From assembly GCA_038061225.1 (NCBI GenBank), contig JBBTZT010000002.1, positions 12,655 to 76,654 on the forward strand: DNA of 64,000 nucleotides, written 5' to 3'. Made by a program: the position numbers and the translations under genes. Numbering within the stretch: position 1 is the first letter of the stretch; each line of letters opens with the position of its first letter. The notes below the pieces were generated by a model. The model was not told the origin of the DNA. It did not search any database and saw only the letters and a list, made by a program, of their open reading frames with translations. Source of the DNA: Patescibacteria group bacterium. GTDB taxonomy: Bacteria > Patescibacteriota > Microgenomatia > UBA8517. Positions 31,188-41,027 of the stretch are shown piece after piece.

Positions 31188-32297
31188 ATGAAAACCACAG
31201 TTCTACAAGAAAATTTACAAAAAGCGGTCGCTCTTTCTTCTCACTTTGTTTCTTCAAAAGCACAATTACCAATATTAAGTAACATTTTACTTCAAGCAAA
31301 AAAAACTAAATTAATAATTTCTTCTACAAATCTTGAAACATCTGTATCTACTTCAATTGGATCTAAAACTGAAGAAGAAGGAGATATTGCAGTTAATGGT
31401 AAAACAATAAATGATATTGTAACAAATTTAACAAATGATTCTATTGAAATAGAATCCATGCATGAACATTTAAAATTATCTTCAGGAAGTTTTAAATCAA
31501 AAATATTAGGAACAAACTCATCAGATTTTCCAAAACTTCCAAGTATAGTAGACAAAAAGACTTTTACTTTAAAAACTAATGAGTTTATTAAATCCCTTTC
31601 TAAAGTCTTGTTTTCAGTGTCAACAGACGAAACAAGGCCTATTTTAACAGGTGTTTTGTTTGTTTCTAGAGATTTGAAGCTCTCTCTCGTTGCAACTGAC
31701 GGGTTTAGACTTTCAGAAATAAAAATAAAAAATGAAGCAAAGCTTCCAGATCTAAGAATTATAATACCAAGAGCAGTCTTAAATGAATTATCTAAAGTAG
31801 ATGAAGAAGAAAATATCGAAGTTTATTTTGACAAAGAAAATAATCAAATTGTATTTGGAATAGGAGATACCGTTTTTTCTTCTAGAATAATTGAAGGTGA
31901 ATTTCCAGATTATGAAAAAATTATACCAACCTCTTCTATATGTACTGTAAATATAGATAAAAACGAGCTTGAAAAAGCACTTAAACTTTCATCCGTTTTT
32001 GCAAGAGATTCAGGAAATATAATCAAATTAAGAATTAAGAATGAAGAATTAATAATTAATGCAGAAAGCTCGAATTCTGGTAATCAAGAAATGGGTTTAG
32101 AAATACGAACGGAGCAAGAAATTAAAACAGAAATTAATATAATGTTTAATTATAGATTTATAGAAGAATTTTTGAAAACTGTAGAAGATGATGAAATACA
32201 AATACAAATTTCAGACAATAATAAAGCTTCAAAATTTCTAGACCCTAAAAACCCCAACTTCCTCCATATAATAATGCCAATCAAAACACAAGGTTAA
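31188..32297 (+). CDS. dnaN: DNA polymerase III beta clamp
   Basis: RPILTGV, ATDGFRL, GEFPDY, IIMP. Confidence 0.97.
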   Translation: MKTTVLQENLQKAVALSSHFVSSKAQLPILSNILLQAKKTKLIISSTNLETSVSTSIGSKTEEEGDIAVNGKTINDIVTNLTNDSIEIESMHEHLKLSSGSFKSKILGTNSSDFPKLPSIVDKKTFTLKTNEFIKSLSKVLFSVSTDETRPILTGVLFVSRDLKLSLVATDGFRLSEIKIKNEAKLPDLRIIIPRAVLNELSKVDEEENIEVYFDKENNQIVFGIGDTVFSSRIIEGEFPDYEKIIPTSSICTVNIDKNELEKALKLSSVFARDSGNIIKLRIKNEELIINAESSNSGNQEMGLEIRTEQEIKTEINIMFNYRFIEEFLKTVEDDEIQIQISDNNKASKFLDPKNPNFLHIIMPIKTQG

Positions 32298-32887
32298 TAT
32301 TTTGGGACTTCTTTTGAAGGTTCTTTAGAGAAATCTTTTCCCCACTTTGTTATAAAATCCTCAATTGTAGTAGGTATAAAATACCAAACCTCGAAGACTG
32401 TTCCATCCTCGTGGCCAAGATATGCAATTCCATTGGAAGGATAAATATATAAATTAAACACACTACTTAATTTCTTTTCATATAACATTTCAGGAGCTAA
32501 ACCGTATATCTTTCTAATGTCATCTGTTGTTTTGTTTCCATCAATAATTTCCTCTACTATTAATTCAGCTAAACCATTTTTCGAATAGACTTTATGGTTT
32601 CTATATTGGTTTGTTGATTTGTAAGTTGAAACGTTTAATTCGCCACTTTTTGTTGATTCAAGAGGGTTGCCTAATAATTCATTAATTCTCTCAAGACTGG
32701 TTTTTCCAGGAATTATTTCATCGAAACTCGCAATTTTATTGACAGGAGAGGAGGTTGGATCTCCAACAACTGTTGAATTTTGTTTATTAAAATTAATTTT
32801 TATCACAATAAATATTAAGAAAGACAACGAAACAATAGTTAATATTATTATTTTTTTACTCTTAATCATTTCAATTATTTTATTCAT
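32294..32887 (-). CDS. membrane-anchored hypothetical protein (SmpA/BLIP-like repeats)
   Basis: N-terminal TM; IIPGKTSLERINELLGNP and TTDDIRKIYGLAP. Confidence 0.6.
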   Translation of the reverse strand: MNKIIEMIKSKKIIILTIVSLSFLIFIVIKINFNKQNSTVVGDPTSSPVNKIASFDEIIPGKTSLERINELLGNPLESTKSGELNVSTYKSTNQYRNHKVYSKNGLAELIVEEIIDGNKTTDDIRKIYGLAPEMLYEKKLSSVFNLYIYPSNGIAYLGHEDGTVFEVWYFIPTTIEDFITKWGKDFSKEPSKEVPKY

Positions 32888-32894
32888 TTATATA

Positions 32895-35570
32895 TTATTC
32901 CATAAATTTCTTTGCAAACATATAGTTTTTTGGAAAAAAACTTTTATAATTAGAGAAACAACGTCCCCAAGAAGGAATTGAGGCAAACAAACCATTGGCT
33001 TCAGCCATTGCTTCGTATTCATTGTCTTTTGTGGAAGTATAAGAACAAAACCCCTTACCCGCAAGTTCATTAAAGGCTCCAGTGTTTACATATAAACCCG
33101 TACTCGGCCCGTCAATTTTTTGTACATGATGTGTTAATTCGTGCGTTAATATAAAAAGGGCATCACTTTCACTTTTAATTCCACATTGGTTAAAATTTAC
33201 ATCGCATTCACCGTGAACATGTTTAGCAAAAATTGTGTTATTACACAAACCATCTCCAATTGGACTTGGATTGCTGGTGGTATAACACATTTTAACTGGT
33301 TTTCCTTGGGCACAAACCTTTACCATAAAACCTTGATACCTTCCACTTAAGGTGGCAAGAGCTGATGTTAAATTAGCTTGTCCGTTAGAATTAGAATTCC
33401 ACGACGGATCGTCTACATTTACACAATCTGTAGGGCAATCACCTATACAAAGAGTGGCTGATCCTGATGTTGTAATTCCAGTTTCTTCTGTTGAATCCGC
33501 ACTAATTTCAATTGAATCATAAACCAACGAGTCTGTATAAAAAGAACTATAATCAACAGCAAAAGTAAAAGTGTATGGACTTGTTGGAGAGATGGATAGT
33601 GTTGGGTCTATTGCTGGAATGTTTTCAGGTGGACAAACAGAGCTTTTGGCTTTTGAGGTAACAGTGCATTCTGTAGAAACAATTTTAATGTTTGTTAATG
33701 CTGTTTTTAAAGCTTTAAGGGAAACAGTATAAGTCACTGTGGTTTTTGACGTTGGATTACTAATTTTACTAGGTTCTGCTGTTTTGGTGACCAACAAATA
33801 AGGATTGTCTGCTCCCGTAGAGGAAGATGATGAAAAAGGTGGGACAACATAGGCGCTGTTGTTTATTACAAGTATTATAAAAGCAACAAGAGGAGGGAGA
33901 ACCAAAAGTGTAACAATTACAGGTGTTGCAATTGCAATTCCAATTGATCTGCCTATAATTCCAAAAAAATTAAATATCCCAACACCAATCCCTGCTAGTG
34001 TTGCTCCTCTTGCAACACCAAACAGCAATCCTCCCGCAACCAAACCTGCAAGAGGTGCACCAAACATAATTAGTCCTCCGCCCACCACTACAGGTAAAAC
34101 ATATTGACTAAAAAACTTTTTAACTTTTGGCCAATTGATAGCTTTTCCAATTGCCATTATCGCGGCAGTAACCAAAGTTGAAATTCCTGCAGTAAACACA
34201 CCCAAACTAACACCTATTGCCGCGGCTCCTTTTACAAGCAAAGCCCCTAAACCAACTTTCACTCCGACATCTGTAGCCACTTTACCAACAGCTTCCTTTA
34301 CCACTGCCCCACCTGCTGTTTTTATAGCTGTCTCTGTAATCACCGGGGTTACAAATTTTGTTCCAGTTAATAAATTAACAACTGGTGCATATTCAGGAGC
34401 AAATTTAATAATTGTATTTCCTACAAAATTTCCACCAGTCCAAGTCACTGTTTTACCTGCGTCTTTAAAAGCAGAATAAAAAGCAATTTCAGCCTTTGAA
34501 TTGCTAAGTATTTTTTGACCAATTGCAGTTTTTGAAAAATATGTTGCAGACTGGTTAACTAAATAATTTCTAGCTTCGTCCTCCCCAAAACCTTTTAGTG
34601 TTTCGATGGTTTGGTTTTGCTCATGCAGTATTTGTATACTTGATTCATTTGAGTCCGCAAAACTATATGTATAAGAATATTGTGATGAAGGGGTTTCTGA
34701 AACTGAAATTTTGTAAGTATTAGGATCTGCACCAAAAATAACTTTAGCAAAATTATCTCCAAAAGCAGTTTTTGCCACATCCTTTAAAAAAAGATCTGGT
34801 TGGAATCTATATACACTATTTGTTGCAATTGAAGCCTTTATTACATCCTGAGCATTTTGGCTAACAGTAACTGGAATTTTTTCAAAAACTGCATTGTTTA
34901 TAGCAATATGTGCAGGAGTAGGAATATAATTTGGAGTATCGTAAACAGCAAGATTTTCAACTATTCTTTCTGCCGTTTTGTTTACAACTGTTTCAATTTC
35001 TTCTTGAGGTAATCCTTGTTCTTTTAAAATTGGATCAACTCTGGAATGAATCTCTCTTGCCATCTTAATTGAAGCTTCTTCAGGATTTTCTATTGCTTCT
35101 TTTTTATATTCTTCAAGAACTTCCTTTTCTTCTGGAGCAAGTTCTACTTTTTCTGTCTCTTCAATTTTTACATAAACTTTTTTATCTTTAATCTCTTCTT
35201 GAGCAGTTTGAGCCTTTGCAATTTGTTGCTGATTTCTTTTTATAAAATCCTCTACTGCTTTTGTTTGATTATCCCTTGTTTCTTTTATGTCAGCATTTCT
35301 CTTTTTCTCCTCTTTTATGAACTGTTCAGATTCATCTTTGTTAATTGTTGTTTTGGTGAGAGGATCTTGTTTTTTTTCTAATATTTCATAAAGTTGTTGG
35401 AGTTTTAATTCAATTTCCTTTGGTGTTAATTTTGAAGAAATTCCAATCTCTTCTAGTTCTTTATTAAAATCAACCAATCTTGTTTTGTCTTTTAATTTAA
35501 AATTTCCATTATATAATTCATATAATTCTTCAAAAAATTTTTTAAGATATGTAATTTTTTCTATATCCAT
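32895..35570 (-). CDS. large membrane protein with Ig-like and C-terminal HExxH zinc-peptidase-like domain
   Basis: Coiled-coil N-terminus, Gly/Ala-rich hydrophobic helices, VTKTA..VTYTV, THELTHHVQ...EAMAE. Confidence 0.7.
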   Translation of the reverse strand: MDIEKITYLKKFFEELYELYNGNFKLKDKTRLVDFNKELEEIGISSKLTPKEIELKLQQLYEILEKKQDPLTKTTINKDESEQFIKEEKKRNADIKETRDNQTKAVEDFIKRNQQQIAKAQTAQEEIKDKKVYVKIEETEKVELAPEEKEVLEEYKKEAIENPEEASIKMAREIHSRVDPILKEQGLPQEEIETVVNKTAERIVENLAVYDTPNYIPTPAHIAINNAVFEKIPVTVSQNAQDVIKASIATNSVYRFQPDLFLKDVAKTAFGDNFAKVIFGADPNTYKISVSETPSSQYSYTYSFADSNESSIQILHEQNQTIETLKGFGEDEARNYLVNQSATYFSKTAIGQKILSNSKAEIAFYSAFKDAGKTVTWTGGNFVGNTIIKFAPEYAPVVNLLTGTKFVTPVITETAIKTAGGAVVKEAVGKVATDVGVKVGLGALLVKGAAAIGVSLGVFTAGISTLVTAAIMAIGKAINWPKVKKFFSQYVLPVVVGGGLIMFGAPLAGLVAGGLLFGVARGATLAGIGVGIFNFFGIIGRSIGIAIATPVIVTLLVLPPLVAFIILVINNSAYVVPPFSSSSSTGADNPYLLVTKTAEPSKISNPTSKTTVTYTVSLKALKTALTNIKIVSTECTVTSKAKSSVCPPENIPAIDPTLSISPTSPYTFTFAVDYSSFYTDSLVYDSIEISADSTEETGITTSGSATLCIGDCPTDCVNVDDPSWNSNSNGQANLTSALATLSGRYQGFMVKVCAQGKPVKMCYTTSNPSPIGDGLCNNTIFAKHVHGECDVNFNQCGIKSESDALFILTHELTHHVQKIDGPSTGLYVNTGAFNELAGKGFCSYTSTKDNEYEAMAEANGLFASIPSWGRCFSNYKSFFPKNYMFAKKFME

Positions 35571-35572
35571 AA

Positions 35573-37405
35573 CTAATCTTCTTTATTCCACGCCTTAGTG
35601 TTTGGTAGAGTGCTTGTTAGCATATCCTGAGGTTTGGTATTTATTAAATTATGTTCTGCTTCAGATGCAACAATTCTAATTGGGGCATGATGAGGACCTG
35701 CAAAGAAAATCCCCTCCCCTACATTTGCAGCCATTAACAGTTGTTTTTCTCCTTGAGAGAGATAGAATATTTCTCCTAGTTTGTCTATAGCAGTTGGTGA
35801 CTGCTTTAATAAAAGCCTTAATGCGCTGTTTGTAACTATTGCCTTTCCAATATCCTGATTTAGAAAGTCTTCGACGTCCTGAGTGATTGTAGTGAGTCCT
35901 AGATAGTATTTTCTGGCCCTCTTAACGACAGACCATAAAAATTGTGCAGTGTCTGGATATTTCATCATTTGCCATGCTTCTTCAACAATTAAGATTCTTC
36001 TTTTAATATCTCTTTTTACTCTAGTCCAAATATAATCAAGGATCATAAACATAATAATTGGGCGGATTGCATCTTGAATATCTTTAACAGAAAAAACTGT
36101 AAATGGATTATTAAGATCAATGTTTGTTTGTTTATCAAAAATTCCTTGGAAAGAACCTCTGATAAACTTTTCAATACGAGCCGCAAGATCAAGTGCTTCT
36201 GGAACCTCCATGCCAATTAAAGTTTTGTAAAGATCCTCCATTAAAGGTGGTTCTTTTGTCTGGGTTGTTGGGTCGTTTGTAATTCCTTTCGCTTTGTAAG
36301 TTAAGATAAGCGCCCTATCAAGCATGGCTTCTTGAGTTGGTGTTATTTGCCCCATGATAACTTTCATTAAGGAATGAAGAGACAAAATTTTAAGCCCTAA
36401 CTGATTTTCACCCTCCTCTCTAATTTGAGCCAAATCAAAAGGATTGATTTTTGCGGGGCTATTATATGAGAAAGCAACATACTGACCACCAACAGCATCA
36501 CAAAGGGCTTTATATTCTGCTTCAGGGTCTAGAATGATAACTTCTGAACCGATCATCAAAGACCTAACAGCCTCAGTTTTGACAAAATAAGATTTTCCCG
36601 CTCCAGACGTGGCAAATATAGTGAAGTTTGCGTTTTCTAAAGAGAACCTGTCAAAAATAATAAAAGATTCGTTTTGTGAGTTTATTCCATACAAAACACC
36701 TGTATCTGAAGAAAGTTCCGCTGACGTAAAAGGAAAAGTTGTAGAGACAGAAGTTGTATCCATATTTCTTGTAATTGAAAGACTGTCCCTACCATATGGA
36801 GCGGTTGACAAAAAACCTTCCTTTTGATCAAGCGAGGCGTTTTTTGCAACTATTAAAAGAGAACCAAGTGTTGATTGTATTTGTCTGGTGATGTTGTTTA
36901 ATTCATCTAAAGAATTGGCTGGAATTGTTATATAAAATGAAAACTCATAATATCTTTCAATTCCTTTGACAAGTTGTTCTTGCAAAGCTCTGGCATCTTC
37001 AAGTTTAGCAGTAGTTACTGGATCAACAATTTTACCCCTTTGGATATCAGTTGAAAGTTCTGCCTCCATTTCTGCAATTTTACGTCTTAAGTCATCAAGA
37101 ACTGATTTTCCTGCAACTGGATATATATAAAAACTTATATCAAGAGATGAGTTGAAGTTAACAACAGATTCTAACCATCCGGGTGCAACAAATCTCGGGT
37201 ACCCTGCTACAAAAATAGTTCTAAAATAAACATTGTTTACTTTAATAAAATCAAAATCAACCTCAATATTATCTGATGCAATTACATCATGAAGTAACAT
37301 TTCCCCACTGGCAATTGCCAGGTTAGGATTTTTGACAACAGGCTTCAAAGAAACCGTGGCTGGTGGCTCGTGACTTGTGTCTTGTGTTGTATTGTTGTTT
37401 TGCAT
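35573..37405 (-). CDS. VirB4-like type IV secretion ATPase
   Basis: ATSGAGKS Walker A, DPEAEY, INPFD, VEEAW, RARKY, TQDVEDF. Confidence 0.92.
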   Translation of the reverse strand: MQNNNTTQDTSHEPPATVSLKPVVKNPNLAIASGEMLLHDVIASDNIEVDFDFIKVNNVYFRTIFVAGYPRFVAPGWLESVVNFNSSLDISFYIYPVAGKSVLDDLRRKIAEMEAELSTDIQRGKIVDPVTTAKLEDARALQEQLVKGIERYYEFSFYITIPANSLDELNNITRQIQSTLGSLLIVAKNASLDQKEGFLSTAPYGRDSLSITRNMDTTSVSTTFPFTSAELSSDTGVLYGINSQNESFIIFDRFSLENANFTIFATSGAGKSYFVKTEAVRSLMIGSEVIILDPEAEYKALCDAVGGQYVAFSYNSPAKINPFDLAQIREEGENQLGLKILSLHSLMKVIMGQITPTQEAMLDRALILTYKAKGITNDPTTQTKEPPLMEDLYKTLIGMEVPEALDLAARIEKFIRGSFQGIFDKQTNIDLNNPFTVFSVKDIQDAIRPIIMFMILDYIWTRVKRDIKRRILIVEEAWQMMKYPDTAQFLWSVVKRARKYYLGLTTITQDVEDFLNQDIGKAIVTNSALRLLLKQSPTAIDKLGEIFYLSQGEKQLLMAANVGEGIFFAGPHHAPIRIVASEAEHNLINTKPQDMLTSTLPNTKAWNKED

Positions 37406-37436
37406 ATTTCTTAATTCTTAAATCTTAACTCTTAAA

Positions 37437-38123
37437 TCATATATCTCGTTTTACTGCTGGTGGTTCAGGATTATTTACTTCGTAATAAAGATTAACTAAT
37501 TGTTGATTATTTAATTGCTTTAATTTTAGACCAAGTCGACCAGCCTGTCTTATTAAATGATCTCTTTTTGGGAAAAGAGTGACTTTTGCTTTTTTAACAA
37601 CATAATCTTTAGGAAAAGGCAGGGGTCCCCTTTTAAGGATAGATTGGGCTGATTTAGTAACACCTAATTCAAGTTGATTAAAAGGGATAACTATGAGAAA
37701 TCTTTTTCCTAAAACAGTTTTTTTCTTGATTGATTCAGTTATAAAATGTCTGTAATCATCAGTAATTGCAGCTAGTTTTGGATTAGTTATTTTTTTACTT
37801 GCTTCGTCAAAAAATTTAATGTAGCCCGTAATATCTTTTCTTTGTGTTTTAACCATAATTTGAATTGAAAAAGATAAAGAATTGATAAGCGCGGCATATG
37901 CAGCAACCACTGCACCCTGTTCTTTTTCAGAAAGAAGCCCAAAGTTTAGTGATGAAGTTTCAAGAACAATTGCTGCTCCCCCATCTTTGTACAAAACAAC
38001 ATCATCAACAATATCTGCAATTGGAAGGGCATTTTGTGTTGTCGAAACTAAAGGTATATCAGGTGTTCCAAAATATGGAATTTTAGAAACAAAATCTTTG
38101 ATTTTTGTTTTATAGTCGTTCAT
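37437..38123 (-). CDS. VirB4-associated (TraC N-terminal-like) protein
   Basis: SLNFGLLSEKEQ...LINSLSFSIQI; lies between PrgI and VirB4. Confidence 0.7.
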   Translation of the reverse strand: MNDYKTKIKDFVSKIPYFGTPDIPLVSTTQNALPIADIVDDVVLYKDGGAAIVLETSSLNFGLLSEKEQGAVVAAYAALINSLSFSIQIMVKTQRKDITGYIKFFDEASKKITNPKLAAITDDYRHFITESIKKKTVLGKRFLIVIPFNQLELGVTKSAQSILKRGPLPFPKDYVVKKAKVTLFPKRDHLIRQAGRLGLKLKQLNNQQLVNLYYEVNNPEPPAVKRDI

Positions 38124-39154
38124 ATTTTAGTTCCCCTGATTGCTATTGGTGGAATCATTTCTCCTTTTGCTTCAAAAGAAACAGGTTCAAACATAAAGCC
38201 ATCTTTTTCAATGGTAATTTCATATTTACCATTAGAAAGTGGTGTAACTATTATAAAATGTCCTGCTTTATTACTTTTTAAAGCTCTAACTGGTCTACTT
38301 GATGAATCCTTAATTTCAAGTATAACTCCTTCTACAATTTTTCTGTCTTGGTCCATTACTTGACCAACAATTGTGTTTGCTGCAATAGGAGGTGATGGTG
38401 GTGCTGCATCAACTGAAAATTCAACAGAGTTAGTAGTTATTGGTTTTTCTTCAATCTTTTCACCAGTTATCTCAGTAACCTTAGCTTGCTCCGCGGAGTC
38501 TTGACGAAGTGGGGATTCTTCCACAACTATACGTGGTGCTGATTTAGTAATGACGGTTGGTATTTGTTGAGGGGTGTTTAACATGGGCGATTGGTTAAGG
38601 GTTACAGGTTTAAATGTTTCAGGTGCAGCAGCTGGTTTAGAAAAAGTTACCAGCGGTACAGTTTGTTGTGGAATTGATGTTGACGTTTGAGTTTGTTGAT
38701 TGTTTGTTTGAGGTTGGTTATTAACTGTAAACAACCCCCCAATTTTTTGTAAAAATGATTTTTCCGCCTCTTCTAATTTGGCAGTATTTTTTTCAACCAA
38801 CGACCCAGTTTGAATAGATTTTACTTCTGGCGCTGGTGCATTTTCTGTATAAAAAATAGGTGGTTTGTCTGATTTTTTCCAAGAGAATAAGGTCGGTGAA
38901 TAAATACTTCTAAAAAAAGCAATAATCCATTTTTCAAGAGGTCTTTCTTCAAAAGGCAAAAACGCCATAGTTGCACCCAACCCTGCAAAAAACAATATAA
39001 GAGGCCACTTAATTAAAGGGTGGAGTGGGGTGGAATAGAAAATTAAAGAAACAATTACACCACCCGCCACTTGGAAGAACTGTTTCAATGTCATATCTCC
39101 AACCAACTTAAATTGGTATGAGCTTATTTGTTGTGGTATTGGATGTTGTTCCAT
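38120..39154 (-). CDS. PrgI family protein with C-terminal carboxypeptidase-regulatory-like beta domain
   Basis: HPIPQ...FKLVGDMTLKQF, two TMs, GQVMD...G..Y. Confidence 0.82.
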   Translation of the reverse strand: MEQHPIPQQISSYQFKLVGDMTLKQFFQVAGGVIVSLIFYSTPLHPLIKWPLILFFAGLGATMAFLPFEERPLEKWIIAFFRSIYSPTLFSWKKSDKPPIFYTENAPAPEVKSIQTGSLVEKNTAKLEEAEKSFLQKIGGLFTVNNQPQTNNQQTQTSTSIPQQTVPLVTFSKPAAAPETFKPVTLNQSPMLNTPQQIPTVITKSAPRIVVEESPLRQDSAEQAKVTEITGEKIEEKPITTNSVEFSVDAAPPSPPIAANTIVGQVMDQDRKIVEGVILEIKDSSSRPVRALKSNKAGHFIIVTPLSNGKYEITIEKDGFMFEPVSFEAKGEMIPPIAIRGTKI

Positions 39155-39188
39155 ATAAAAAGCTTACTATATGAACGTTTTGGTGCAA

Positions 39189-39605
39189 CTAGAGTATCTT
39201 TTTCACAACACTTGAAGTGGAGTTGGATTTATATTTTTTTACAATTTTTAATTTAGCTCCGACTGATTTTGCCTGTATTAACTTTTTATCTTTAATGGGA
39301 TCGTCACCTGTGATTGCGATAACACTAGGCTTAATTTTTTTAACCAAATTATCGTAAAAAATATTATTGACAACGTCAGGAAGAATTATAACTTTATCAA
39401 CAAATTTTAATGCTTCTAAAACTTCTTTTCTTTCCTTTTGATTATGAATTGGGCGAGTAGAGCCTTTAAGTTTTTTAATATTTGCATCAGATTCAAGAAG
39501 AACAATCAAATAGTCACCAAAACTTTTAGCTTGTCTTAAAAATTTAACATGACCAATATGCAAAACATCAAAACACCCACCAACAAGAACTTTAGTTTTT
39601 TTCAT
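39189..39605 (-). CDS. cytidylyl/adenylyltransferase (TagD/RfaE/RibL-like)
   Basis: GGCFDVLHIGH, RPIH...ERKEVL, STS. Confidence 0.88.
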   Translation of the reverse strand: MKKTKVLVGGCFDVLHIGHVKFLRQAKSFGDYLIVLLESDANIKKLKGSTRPIHNQKERKEVLEALKFVDKVIILPDVVNNIFYDNLVKKIKPSVIAITGDDPIKDKKLIQAKSVGAKLKIVKKYKSNSTSSVVKKIL

Positions 39606-39643
39606 AATACATATATACCACAAAAATATAGTATAATTTGGGT

Positions 39644-39955
39644 ATGACAGATTTAGACATAGTGCTTAGTGCAATAAACAAATCGTTAAACCCTCAAAAA
39701 GTTATCCTTTTTGGCTCTAGAGCAAGAGGAGATAGTAATCAAGATAGCGACATTGATTTGGCAATCCTTCAAAAAGATGCCCCAAAAGCTGGGCAACGAG
39801 CCAAGGTGTATAGAACGCTTTGGGAAATGGGTTACAACTGGAAAAAAGAACCTGATATCCACCTTTTTTCCGAACAAAATTTCAACGATAGGTTAAAAAA
39901 TAATAGTTTTTTTATTAGAGAAATAATGAAAGGAAAGGTACTTTATGCAGTCTGA
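39644..39955 (+). CDS. minimal nucleotidyltransferase (MNT antitoxin-type)
   Basis: LFGSRARGD...SDIDL; ATG 6 nt after TATAAT. Confidence 0.88.
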   Translation: MTDLDIVLSAINKSLNPQKVILFGSRARGDSNQDSDIDLAILQKDAPKAGQRAKVYRTLWEMGYNWKKEPDIHLFSEQNFNDRLKNNSFFIREIMKGKVLYAV

Positions 39956-40043
39956 TGAATATAAATTATGGGTTAGTAAATCAGAGGATAATCTTCTTTG
40001 GGCAAAGGACAATTTAGATGATGGGATGCTCAACAATAAATAA
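39945..40043 (+). pseudogene. 32-codon stump resembling a HEPN protein N-terminus
   Basis: Overlaps the MNT stop; W..KSEDNL..A pattern; stops before any RX4H motif. Confidence 0.55.
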
Positions 40044-40082
40044 AAAAGACCATACTTTTGTTATTTCCAAGTATGGTCTTTT
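40044..40082. terminator. bidirectional intrinsic terminator
   Basis: AAAAGACCATACTT / AAGTATGGTCTTTT perfect 14-bp stem between convergent genes. Confidence 0.8.
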
Positions 40083-40109
40083 AACTAAATTGTTTTTGAT
40101 TTACACCCC

Positions 40110-40463
40110 TCACATTTTTTCTGCACAAGTCTGGCAAATTCCTTTGTGAATATGCTCCGCGCATGTCCATTTGTTACACTTAGTGCATTTCCAAAGATCG
40201 GCTGGAGTATTCCAGTCGGTTTGCATTGAAAAACCAGAATCATCGGTGAAAGGTTCTCTTGTACCAATATTGTATTGTCTGGGTTCGGTTGCTGGTGTTT
40301 TGCAGATGTGGCAAACAAATTTCGCTTGAAAATTACGCAGTTTTTGCGATTCGTTAGCCTCTTGCGTGGCAAGTTGTCTTGTTTTTTGTTCTGCTTCACG
40401 GCGCTCGCGATCACGCTTTTCAGTTTCTTCCTGATCATCAATTTTTTTCTTCCAGTTAAACAT
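40110..40463 (-). CDS. coiled-coil + Cys/His zinc-binding hypothetical protein
   Basis: CxxC...CxxC-x4-CxxH...CxxC; strong SD AAGGAGGTG upstream of ATG 40463. Confidence 0.7.
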   Translation of the reverse strand: MFNWKKKIDDQEETEKRDRERREAEQKTRQLATQEANESQKLRNFQAKFVCHICKTPATEPRQYNIGTREPFTDDSGFSMQTDWNTPADLWKCTKCNKWTCAEHIHKGICQTCAEKM

Positions 40464-40637
40464 GTCACACCTCCTTAGTGTGTAAGTCAAAATTAATTTT
40501 TTTATGTGCTAGTTAAACTTTATAAAATTTTTGCCGCTTATGGCTAAATCTTATCCCATAATTATATCATTGATTTATAAAAAATCAAATTTATCAATTT
40601 ATATCAAAAATTTTTTATTTTATGATACAATTCAATC

Positions 40638-41027
40638 ATGCCCGACGGAACAATGATGACACCAGAAAATTCATACAACCAATTTAAAATTGGTGAGTCA
40701 ACACAATCTATTGGTGGGGAAATGAGTTTAACTCCACAGTTTGGTGCAAAAGCAGATCTCCCTAAATCAAAAACGCCTGACATTGACCAAGATAAAATTG
40801 GCCCAGACGAAGGGCATCAAATGAGAGTTGGTGGGGAAATTAAAAACCAAGGAGATTCTGCAGAAGAATTGGCTGCACAAGTTGCTGAACAAGTAGCAAG
40901 ACATCTTATGGATGAAAGAGAAGGAAGCAGCTCTGCGTTTTATGCATTAACGGATATTTTAAATAAAGAAAGAATTCCACAAAAAGAAAAATTAAGTCAA
41001 CTTTCGAGAGAAAGATTGCATTTTTGA
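40638..41027 (+). CDS. hypothetical protein (possibly truncated)
   Basis: ATG 6 nt after TGATACAAT; 3' end overlaps the convergent gene. Confidence 0.55.
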   Translation: MPDGTMMTPENSYNQFKIGESTQSIGGEMSLTPQFGAKADLPKSKTPDIDQDKIGPDEGHQMRVGGEIKNQGDSAEELAAQVAEQVARHLMDEREGSSSAFYALTDILNKERIPQKEKLSQLSRERLHF

